A stretch of DNA of 64,000 bases from positions 864,001-928,000 of the forward strand of contig OZ251219.1 of the NCBI GenBank assembly GCA_965240465.1, read 5' to 3'. Source of the stretch: a bacterium. GTDB taxonomy: Bacteria; SAR324; JACQKK01. Made by a program: the position numbers and the translations under genes. Within the stretch, counting starts at the first letter, position 1. Each line of letters begins with the position of its first letter. A model generated the notes under the pieces. The model saw only the letters and a program-made list of their open reading frames with translations. It made no database searches and had not been told where the DNA came from. This document shows positions 9,420-17,836 of this stretch, piece after piece.

Positions 9420-10997
9420 CTACGGACACTGAACGAAGTCAGCTGCACGCTGCCCGCAGAGCAGAGTGCCTGGGATTTGGATAGGATTGCCATCGGCGTC
9501 AGTACCTTCTGTCTGGTAGGATTTCAGGCTGGGGTATTTGCCGTTAGTGAAATCCCAATTTTTAGTGTCCCAGCCCGTGCCAAAGTCAGTTTTGGTGTTA
9601 TTGGCGGTCAAGGCTTTTAAGCTACTGCTGTTTTTGCCTAGTGCTTCTCTAGCTGTAAGGGGTGTGATGGTTTCGCCATTTAAGGCACTAGCACTATTAT
9701 AATAGTTGCTGGTAAATATAATACTTGAAAAACCATGTTGGGTGCCAAGCAAGCGACCAACTTCATCGCTACCACTCCCCCCATTCACATTGCCTAAGGC
9801 ATAACTGTTATCGAGGCTCATATAACCATGTTGAGAATTTGAAATCTCTCCCACTAAGCCACCCACAGAGTCATTACCAGCACCGCCTTTGGCATCACCA
9901 GTGGCATAGCTATTACCGATGATGCCCTCATAACTATAACCCACTAAGCCACCCACAGAGTCATTACCAGCACCGCCTTTGGCATAGCCAGTGGCATAGC
10001 TATTACCGATGGTGCCAATAAAATGATTACCTACTAAGCCACCCACAGAGTCATTACCAGCACCGCCTTTGGCATAGCCAGTGGCATAGCTATTACCGAT
10101 GGTGCCATAATTATTAAAACCTACCAAGCCACCCGCAGCGTCTGCACCAGCATCGCCATTGGCATTGCCAGTGGCATAACTATTACCGATGGTGCCAACA
10201 TTATAACCTACCAAGCCACCCACCCTATCATAATGACCAGCACCGCCTTTGGCATTGCCAGTGGCATAACTATCTTGGATGATACCACCATCATAAAAAT
10301 GCGACCCATTATAACCTACCAAGCCACCTACTGAGTCATTTTCACCTGTGCTAGCAAAAACCGATAAATCCGAAGAAACACCCGATATTGTTCCAATATT
10401 TCTACCTGCCAGAACCCCTACACAGTTGGGATAATCTGTACTACCACTATTGTTGCTACTGGCAACTGAACCTGTTGCAAAGGACAAGTTTCTGACTGTG
10501 CTACTCGTACCCAAAACCGCAAAGAATCCCGTGTATAGGGTGGAATCGGTGGCAATTTTTAGGTTACTGATGGTGTAATCATTACCTTCAAAGGTAGCCG
10601 TGAAAGGATTGCCTAATTGTCCAATGGGAACAAAGTTGGTAATGGAAGAGAGATTAATGTTGTCGGCTAGTTCGTAGCCATTACAACCAGAGCTAGGACA
10701 GCCCGTACTAGATGGAGCATTCGTGCCATCATTATAACTAGTGCCTGCCAAATTATGTCGGATGTTGTTTAGCTCGGTAGCATTGTGAATCTCTATTAGA
10801 CCATTGCCGTCTTTGTCGGCAGCAGATCTACCACCCTCCCCGATGTTGTTTAGCTCGGTAGCATTGTGAATCTCTATTAGACCATTGCCGTCTTTGTCGG
10901 CAGCAGATCTACCACCCCCGATGCTGCTAACCCCGCCACAGCTGGCTAAAAGCAAAGCAATAACAAAACTGATTGATAGTAGCGATAATTTTTTCAT
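9420..10997 (-). CDS. GLUG-repeat lipoprotein, paralog 2
   Basis: MKKLSLL...LLASC; duplicated 26-aa GGRSAADKDGNGLIEIHNATELNNI block; GLUG repeats; LLCGQRAADFVQCP. Confidence 0.87.
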   Translation of the reverse strand: MKKLSLLSISFVIALLLASCGGVSSIGGGRSAADKDGNGLIEIHNATELNNIGEGGRSAADKDGNGLIEIHNATELNNIRHNLAGTSYNDGTNAPSSTGCPSSGCNGYELADNINLSSITNFVPIGQLGNPFTATFEGNDYTISNLKIATDSTLYTGFFAVLGTSSTVRNLSFATGSVASSNNSGSTDYPNCVGVLAGRNIGTISGVSSDLSVFASTGENDSVGGLVGYNGSHFYDGGIIQDSYATGNAKGGAGHYDRVGGLVGYNVGTIGNSYATGNANGDAGADAAGGLVGFNNYGTIGNSYATGYAKGGAGNDSVGGLVGNHFIGTIGNSYATGYAKGGAGNDSVGGLVGYSYEGIIGNSYATGDAKGGAGNDSVGGLVGEISNSQHGYMSLDNSYALGNVNGGSGSDEVGRLLGTQHGFSSIIFTSNYYNSASALNGETITPLTAREALGKNSSSLKALTANNTKTDFGTGWDTKNWDFTNGKYPSLKSYQTEGTDADGNPIQIPGTLLCGQRAADFVQCP

Positions 10998-11063
10998 CGG
11001 TAATCCTCCAATATAGATATGAAAGACTAGGGCATTCCTCAGCTTTGAGAAATCGCCAATCTT

Positions 11064-11092
11064 ACCATAGCAAGCATAGGTGGCGTTGTCAA
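11064..11092 (-). promoter_or_regulatory. sigma70-like promoter of paralog 2
   Basis: TTGACA-17 nt-TATGGT with extended -10 TG. Confidence 0.6.
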
Positions 11093-11142
11093 GTTATTTT
11101 TTTTCATGCCATCTGACATGCCTTTAAGAGCAGGGTGATAAA

Positions 11143-11162
11143 GGGAGTGAGTACTCACTCCC
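11143..11162 (-). terminator. Terminator-like palindrome downstream of paralog 3
   Basis: Perfect palindrome GGGAGTGAGTACTCACTCCC, short U-tract. Confidence 0.6.
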
Positions 11163-11206
11163 AGAAAAATGCTCGGCTACCTTTTTTAAGCAGTCGGGGG
11201 GCTAGC

Positions 11207-12646
11207 CTAAGGCGTACACTGAACGAAGTCTGCTTTGGGTAATTGCCCACAGAGTATTTTTCCAGTAACTTGTTCACCACTGGAATTCTCTTTGTAAGAC
11301 TTCAGGCTGGGGTATTTGCCGTTAGTGAAATCCCAATTAAATTCACTCCAGCCATTACCAGTGAATTCAGTTTCGGTGTTACTGACATTCAAGCTTTTTA
11401 AGCCACCGCTGGTTTTGCCAACCGCCTCGGCGGCTGGAAGGGTTAGTGTGGTTTCGCCATCTAAGTTACTCCCGCTATTATAATAGTTGCTGGTGGCGTT
11501 ACCACTGCTTTTTACGCCAATCAAGCGGCCTATCTTATCGTCTCCAGTCCCTCCATCAACAGCTCCTAAGGAATAACTATTATTGATAGATACACCATCA
11601 AAATATCCCACCAAGCCGCCTATTTTGTCATCACCAGCACCGCCATCAGCAGTACCTGAATAATAACTGTTTCGGATGGTACCAAGAGAACGTCCCACCA
11701 AGCCGCCAACCTCGTCATTACCCCCTTGGCCGTTAACCTCACCAGTGCTGTAGCTGTTCTGGATAACGCCCTGAAGATATCCCGCCAAGCCACCAATAAA
11801 GTTCGGACCGTTATTGCCGTTAACATTACCAGTGCTATAGCTGTTTTGGATAACACCACTATTATTAATACTAACGTCTTGGTAACCACTGCCTATTAAG
11901 CCACCTACCATTGTGTTATCATTACCAGTAGCAGATACCGGCAAGTTTGAAGAAACATTGTCTATAAATCCACTATTCCGGCCTGCTAGAGAACCTACAT
12001 GGTCAACTCCTCCATAACTGGCAACCGAACTAGAGGTACTAGATAGGTTAAGATTTCTTACCGTGCCATTTTTACCTATATAACTAAATAAGCCTACAGA
12101 AAGTTGATTACTATTGATATTCAAGTTAAGTATGCTAAAGCCATTGCCTTCAAAAACAGTCTGAAATCTGACGAATCTACTCTGAGCAACATTGCCAATG
12201 GGTTCCCAATCTGATTGTGAAGCCATATCAATGTCATTGAGTAGCTCATGACCGATGCAACCTCGAGCAGGACAACCCACATCAGAGGCTACATTATTAA
12301 TATAATCTTTGATATCACTGCCGTCGTACAGGTAGTAACGAACCTCGTTTAGTTCCTTGTAAGTGGTAATATCTCTAAGACCGTTGTTGTTATCATCAAC
12401 ATCTTCCGTATCATTTTTGCCATCGTTGTCATCATCGGTGTCTTCGCCAGCATCCTCGCAACCGTCGCCATCAAAGTCAGTGATGGGGGTGCTAGTGAAA
12501 GACTCAGGGCTATCTGGGCATACTGTATCTTGGTCGTTAGGTATGCCGTCACCATCTTTGTCGGTACTTTCATCCTCTTTATCGCCACAGCTGGCTAAAA
12601 GTAAAACAATAACAAAACTGATTGATAGTAACGATAATTTTTTCAT
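11207..12646 (-). CDS. GLUG-repeat lipoprotein, paralog 3
   Basis: ATG 12646 MKKLSLL...LLASC; DxDGDG Ca-binding repeats; GLUG repeats; ILCGQLPKADFVQCTP. Confidence 0.87.
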   Translation of the reverse strand: MKKLSLLSISFVIVLLLASCGDKEDESTDKDGDGIPNDQDTVCPDSPESFTSTPITDFDGDGCEDAGEDTDDDNDGKNDTEDVDDNNNGLRDITTYKELNEVRYYLYDGSDIKDYINNVASDVGCPARGCIGHELLNDIDMASQSDWEPIGNVAQSRFVRFQTVFEGNGFSILNLNINSNQLSVGLFSYIGKNGTVRNLNLSSTSSSVASYGGVDHVGSLAGRNSGFIDNVSSNLPVSATGNDNTMVGGLIGSGYQDVSINNSGVIQNSYSTGNVNGNNGPNFIGGLAGYLQGVIQNSYSTGEVNGQGGNDEVGGLVGRSLGTIRNSYYSGTADGGAGDDKIGGLVGYFDGVSINNSYSLGAVDGGTGDDKIGRLIGVKSSGNATSNYYNSGSNLDGETTLTLPAAEAVGKTSGGLKSLNVSNTETEFTGNGWSEFNWDFTNGKYPSLKSYKENSSGEQVTGKILCGQLPKADFVQCTP

Positions 12647-12869
12647 AATAGACACCTCTACGAGATTTCTAAAAAATCCCAGGATCTAAAAAATCCCAGA
12701 ACACAATAATAAGCAAGATAACTCCATGCTAACTCATAGAGGGGGACTTCGTCAAGCTCAGGTAGTTGGGGGGGGGCAGGGTGATGGGGTGATGCAGGGT
12801 GATGGAGAAATCAAGGTGAGGGGGGAGAGGGTTTTTTTTGGGGGGGGGGTGGGTTTTTGGGGGGGGGTA

Positions 12870-13532
12870 GAATGAAAGAGGCTTGGTGAGGAATGTCATC
12901 GCTTGCTCCATTATTCTCAAAAATCCTCACCCTGAGATGATGGCACGGTCCTCCCGCGAAGTCTTACGGTTTGCAATGACGACCTCAGCTTCGCTAGTGG
13001 CTACCGAAAGGATGCCACTAAGTGAACCGAGACTTACGTTCGCTTTCGCTCTGGCAATGCAAACTAGCAATGCAAACTGGCAATTAATTAAAATTGCTCA
13101 GTCCCAGCTCGGTACTAGGCGTGAAATTATACCTTGGAAAAAGTACTAAAAGTACTCACCAAAACAGAAACGGCGTTCCACGACCTTCGGAGCTATTAAA
13201 CTCCCGCCAGTGTTTCTGCGACTGCTTGATCCGCGTTTTAATCCCTTAATGGCAGGAATCTAGGACTTGCCTAGGTTCTACTCATTTGCGGAGGGGAGAA
13301 GAGATTTCGGTGCAATCTACCTCCTCATCTTCCTCGTCATTTGCGTGTGCCAAAACATATGCCAAAAAGCAAACAAAGGACACACATGATCCACCCTTCG
13401 GTATGAACGGAACCTCAGGCGGTCACTACCCACCAATCCCCTTTCATTCGTTATCTAAAACCCTTAGCGAACCTATCCTTACCAGCCTAGGTTTGGCATA
13501 ACTGCAGTTTGGATCACTAAAAATGTTTTGAT
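12870..13532 (-). ncRNA. Candidate large structured ncRNA (~580-660 nt), family not assigned
   Basis: Dedicated promoter at 13539-13567; 21-bp long-range stem (13429-13449 with 12870-12890; 18 WC, 2 G-U, 1 mismatch on minus strand); nested 8-bp stem 13412-13419/12931-12938; several local hairpins; no credible ORF. Confidence 0.65.
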
Positions 13533-13538
13533 AATGTG

Positions 13539-13567
13539 AGTGTAGGGTATCGCGATCGGTTTGTCAA
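13539..13567 (-). promoter_or_regulatory. sigma70 promoter pointing into the non-coding element
   Basis: TTGACA (13567-13562)-17 nt-TACACT (13544-13539), just downstream of paralog 4's terminator. Confidence 0.7.
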
Positions 13568-13596
13568 GTGCTGAAAAGAGATTAGTTGTCCCCCCA

Positions 13597-13630
13597 GAAA
13601 GAAAAAGGGAGTGAGTATTAACTCACTCCC
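13597..13630 (-). terminator. Intrinsic terminator of paralog 4
   Basis: GGGAGTGAGT-4 nt-ACTCACTCCC hairpin followed by TTTTTCTTT on minus strand. Confidence 0.8.
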
Positions 13631-13676
13631 AAAATGGTCTGCTCTATTTTTCAAGCAGTCGGGGGGGGGGTCTAGC

Positions 13677-14948
13677 CTAGTTTGTAGTACACTGAACGAA
13701 GTCGGTGGGTTGGTTACAGAGTAGATCACCTGCGATTTGGGCATTGCTAGCATTCACCTTGAAGGATTTCAGGCTGAGGTATTTGTCAGCGGTGAAATCC
13801 CAGTTTAATGCCTTAAAGCCTGTACCATTAACAAACTCAGTTGCAGTTGCAACTGTTACAGATGCATCTGCAAGTTCATCGCCACCTGCCGCCACTGCTT
13901 TTAGTTCAGTGCCGCTCTTTCCAATGGCCCCGTTTACCCCTGTAAAGGCCAATGAAACATCGGTGCCAGTGGAATCGGCAACCAGTTTGTCGGTAGTGCT
14001 GTCAAAGTAGTTACCAGTAACTGTAACATCCGAAGCTGCTACTTTGCCAATAAAGAGGCTAACTAAATCATCTCCAGCACCACCATCAACGGTACCCAAG
14101 AAGGAGAAGCTGTTCGTGACTGTTCCACTAACAAGTTCTCCAAGCAAGCCGCCTATCTGGTCAACTCCAGCACCGCCAACAACATTGCCAGTGGCAAAAG
14201 TATTTTGGATGGTACCAGAGGTATTTTTACCTACCAAGCCGCCTACAGAGTTAGCCGCAGCACCGCCAGTAACACTGACACTGGCAAAGCTATTTTGGAT
14301 GGTACCACCATTACCATTATAGCCCACCAAGCCACCTAAGGAAGAAGCATTGCCAGTTACAGAACCGACAGCGGTAGTAGCAGTAGCAGAGCTATTTTCT
14401 ACGGTACCGGTATTATTACCTACCAAAACACCTACGGTGCTATTAGCAGCAGTACTAGTACTGGAAACCGTGGCCCCAACAATACTTAGATTTTTTATCG
14501 TTCCAGATGAGTCGGCGAAGAAACCGGTGTTTACGGAGTCACCACCAATTACCAGGCCAGTGATTTCCTTGTTACCGCCATCAAAGATACCTGTGAAACC
14601 TACAATGGAGGCAAAGTTGCTGGTATCACCTGTGAAGGCAATGTCATTGTCTAGTTCATAGCCTTTGCAAGTTGCTTTTTTGGCAGTTCCTGTACCAATT
14701 TCAGGGCAACCAGAAGCATCGCCTTCACCTGTTGCACTTGTTTTATAGCTAGTACCATCCAAGTTGTTCTTGATGTTTTTCAGCTGGGCAATAGTGCTAA
14801 TATCTATTAGACCATTGCCATCATCATCAGCATCAACTTTTTTGGTTGTTGCCTTAGTGGTAGATTTCTTGTCGTCACCACTGCCACAGCCTGCTAACAC
14901 AAGAGCAAAAGCGACCAAGAATAGTGATAATAGTGATAATTTTTTCAT
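13677..14948 (-). CDS. GLUG-repeat lipoprotein, paralog 4 (shortest intact, divergent)
   Basis: MKKLSLL...VLAGC; GLIDI..QLKNI..GCP..CKGYEL; few GLUG repeats; LLCNQPTDFVQCTTN. Confidence 0.87.
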   Translation of the reverse strand: MKKLSLLSLFLVAFALVLAGCGSGDDKKSTTKATTKKVDADDDGNGLIDISTIAQLKNIKNNLDGTSYKTSATGEGDASGCPEIGTGTAKKATCKGYELDNDIAFTGDTSNFASIVGFTGIFDGGNKEITGLVIGGDSVNTGFFADSSGTIKNLSIVGATVSSTSTAANSTVGVLVGNNTGTVENSSATATTAVGSVTGNASSLGGLVGYNGNGGTIQNSFASVSVTGGAAANSVGGLVGKNTSGTIQNTFATGNVVGGAGVDQIGGLLGELVSGTVTNSFSFLGTVDGGAGDDLVSLFIGKVAASDVTVTGNYFDSTTDKLVADSTGTDVSLAFTGVNGAIGKSGTELKAVAAGGDELADASVTVATATEFVNGTGFKALNWDFTADKYLSLKSFKVNASNAQIAGDLLCNQPTDFVQCTTN

Positions 14949-14971
14949 TTTAAGCCCTTTTCAACTTAATG

Positions 14972-15323
14972 TTATAAATTACTTGCTACAAAAACGTAGC
15001 CTCAGGGTGATAAGACACCTAAGCTTCGGTTGTATAGGACAATTTGAGCTAGTGTCAAGTCTTTTTATTCAGATATTTGCTTTAATCTAAGATTATAAAA
15101 TTACTTGCCACAAAAACGTAGCCTTAGGTGATAAGACACCTCAGCTTCGGTTGTATAGGACAATTTGAGCTAGTGTCAAGTCTTTTTATTCAGATATTTG
15201 CTTTAATCTAAGATTATAAAATTACTTGCCACAAAAACGTAGCCTCAGGGTGATAAGACACCTCAGCTTCGGTTGTATAGGACAATTTGAGCTAGTGTCA
15301 AGTTTTTTTATTCAGATATTTGC
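14972..15323. repeat. 121-bp tandem triplication of the paralog 4 upstream region
   Basis: Near-identical units start at 14972, 15093, 15214; each has TTGACA on the minus strand (TGTCAA at 15053, 15174, 15296). Confidence 0.95.
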
Positions 15324-17645
15324 CTAAGGCGTGGTACACTGAACGAAGTCAGCTACGGGTAATTGCCCACAGAGTAGATTGCCCATATCGGCATCCTCTT
15401 CGTAAGACTTCAGGGTGGGATAGAAGCCAGCAGTGAAATTCCAGTTGAATTCATTCCAGCCGTTGTTGTCGCCTTCAAAGTCAGTTTCGGTGATGTCGGC
15501 AGTCAAGGCTTTTAGTTTGGCGCTGGTTCTGCCAAGCCCCTCGGCGGCGGTATAGGTTAATACGCTCTCAGCACCCTCAAATCTACCCCCACTATTATAG
15601 TAGTTGCCGGCAAGTGTAGTATCAGCATCTTCTTCTGGTTCCCTCCCGCCGATCAAGTAGCCAACATAGTCATCACTACCAGCACCCCCATCAACATCGC
15701 CTAAGAAATAACTATTATTGATGCTTCCAGAAGCAATATATCCCACCAAGCCACCTACAAAGTCATCACTCGCATCTCCAGTAGCATTACCAGTGGCATA
15801 GCTGTCTTGGATGATGTTGAAATTAGTACCCGCCAAACCACCCACAGCAATACCGCCAATAGCATTGCCAGTGGCATAGCTATTTTGGATGTTACCATCA
15901 GCACTATTGGTACCTACCAAACCACCCACGTGGTCAGTTCCATCACCTCCAGCAGTAACACCTCCACCAGTAACCTTGCCAGTGGCAGAGCTGCTTTGAA
16001 TGATGTCAAAATTACGACCCACCAAGCCACCTACAAAGTCATTATTCGCACCTCCATCAACCTTGCCAGTAGCAGAGCTGTCTTGGATCATGCTGTAATT
16101 ATCACCCACTAAGCCACCTACACGGTCATCACCAGCATTGCCAGCAGCATTGCCAGCAGCAGAGCTGTCTTGGATGATGTTGAAATTAGCACCCACCAAG
16201 CCACCTACATAGTCATCACTCGCATCTCCAGTAGCATTACCAGTGGCATAGCTGTCTTGGATGATGTTGAAATTAGTACCCGCCAAACCACCCACAACAA
16301 TACCGCCAATAGCATTGCCAGTGGCATAGCTATTTTGGATGTTACCATCAGCACTATTGGTACCTACCAAACCACCCACGTGGTCAGTTCCATCACCTCC
16401 ATCAGTAGTACCTCCACCAGTAACCTTGCCAGTGGCAGAGCTGCTTTGAATGATGTCAAAATTACGACCCACCAAGCCACCTACAAAGTCATTATTCGCA
16501 CCTCCATCAACCTTGCCAGTAGCAGAGCTATTTTTAATGGTGCTAATATTACCACCCACTAAGCCACCTACACGGTCATCACCAGCATTGCCAGCAGCAT
16601 TGCCAGCAGCAGAGCTGTCTTGGATCATGCTGTAATTAACACCCACCAAACCACCCACAAAGTCATAATCACCAGCACCACCAAAAACATTGCCAGTGGC
16701 AGAGCTGTCTTGGATTATGTTGTAATTACCACCCACCAAGCCACCTACATAGTCATAATCACCACCGACGGCAGTAACCGAGATCCCCGTAATAGAAACA
16801 TCGGATATAAATCCATCATTGGCGGCGGCTAGAACCCCTACATAGTTGGGACTGTTTTGAATGCCATTAACATAGTTACTGGTAACTGAACCTGTTGCAA
16901 AGGATAAGTTCCGTACCGTGCTATTAGCAGTCAAGTGTATAAATAAGCCCGCGTCTTTGGTGTTAGCGTCAGTGACAATGATTAGGTTGCTGATGGTGTT
17001 GTCATTGCCTTCTAAGATAGCGCTAAAACCACCCATAATGGGTTCAAAGCTGATGGATAGCAAGTCAATGTTATTGACTAATTCATAGCCCTTGCAAACA
17101 GGACCTGAACCTATGTCTGACTTTGGACAGCCTACATTATAGCCTACATTACTGGGGCTGCCATCCAGGCTGTAGCGGATATTGTTTAGCTCGGTAGCAG
17201 TGGCAATCTCTATCAGACCGTCATTATCATCATCCACGTCCACTGCATCGCCAAATCCATCGCTATCAGTATCGGTATCATCGCTACCATTGCCATCATC
17301 ATCGTCGTCTTCATTTTGGTCTCGACAGCCATCAGAATCGTAGTCGTTGATATATTTAACGCTGATAAAACTTATGAGGCTTTTTTGGCAACCATCAACA
17401 CCATCTTCTATGCCATCATTGTCGTCATCGGTGTCTTCGCCGTCATCTTTGCAACCGTCTCCATCGTAGTCGTTTTCGGGGGTACTGACGAATTTCTTAT
17501 AAGCACTAGGGGAGCATTGGTCTACAGTATCAAGGACGCCATCGCCATCGGTATCAGCAGGCTTGGAACTGCCAGTACCGCCTCCGCAGCTGGCTAAAAA
17601 TAGAGCAAAAATACAAGCTGAAATTAAGGATAATCTGTCCATCAA
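15324..17645 (-). CDS. GLUG-repeat lipoprotein, paralog 5
   Basis: MDRLSLI...FLASC; DYDGDGC repeats; ~450-bp internal duplication in the GLUG region; LLCGQLPVADFVQCTTP. Confidence 0.87.
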   Translation of the reverse strand: MMDRLSLISACIFALFLASCGGGTGSSKPADTDGDGVLDTVDQCSPSAYKKFVSTPENDYDGDGCKDDGEDTDDDNDGIEDGVDGCQKSLISFISVKYINDYDSDGCRDQNEDDDDDGNGSDDTDTDSDGFGDAVDVDDDNDGLIEIATATELNNIRYSLDGSPSNVGYNVGCPKSDIGSGPVCKGYELVNNIDLLSISFEPIMGGFSAILEGNDNTISNLIIVTDANTKDAGLFIHLTANSTVRNLSFATGSVTSNYVNGIQNSPNYVGVLAAANDGFISDVSITGISVTAVGGDYDYVGGLVGGNYNIIQDSSATGNVFGGAGDYDFVGGLVGVNYSMIQDSSAAGNAAGNAGDDRVGGLVGGNISTIKNSSATGKVDGGANNDFVGGLVGRNFDIIQSSSATGKVTGGGTTDGGDGTDHVGGLVGTNSADGNIQNSYATGNAIGGIVVGGLAGTNFNIIQDSYATGNATGDASDDYVGGLVGANFNIIQDSSAAGNAAGNAGDDRVGGLVGDNYSMIQDSSATGKVDGGANNDFVGGLVGRNFDIIQSSSATGKVTGGGVTAGGDGTDHVGGLVGTNSADGNIQNSYATGNAIGGIAVGGLAGTNFNIIQDSYATGNATGDASDDFVGGLVGYIASGSINNSYFLGDVDGGAGSDDYVGYLIGGREPEEDADTTLAGNYYNSGGRFEGAESVLTYTAAEGLGRTSAKLKALTADITETDFEGDNNGWNEFNWNFTAGFYPTLKSYEEDADMGNLLCGQLPVADFVQCTTP

Positions 17646-17836
17646 AAGTTTTTCAATTTAATCTTTTGTGAAATATTGGCTAAAAAGTATTGCCAAGCCC
17701 AACCAGCACCCTACCCACATGAGTATGCTATTTAACTCCTTGTCAAGCTTTTTTTTTTGATGAGACGATATTTTTTTAAGTGCCGAGTTTAGATAGGTTG
17801 TATTTCACAGAAGCGGGCAATCAGTCGGGGTCTAGC

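Noticed and set aside
13282-13344. tmRNA, because the minus strand reads GCA AAT GAC GAG (ANDE...)
   Set aside because: The frame ends ...SSPLRK rather than ALAA, and I found no tRNA-Ala-like ends (GGGGC.. / T-arm..CCA)
12870-13532. RNase P RNA or group II intron
   Set aside because: No GAGGAAAGUCC P4 signature, no convincing domain V, and no flanking exons or intron-encoded ORF
12729-13753. Small ORFs 12729-12920, 12883-13149, 13286-13501 and 13517-13753
   Set aside because: Low complexity or no recognisable motifs; they cross promoter, terminator and RNA-structure elements
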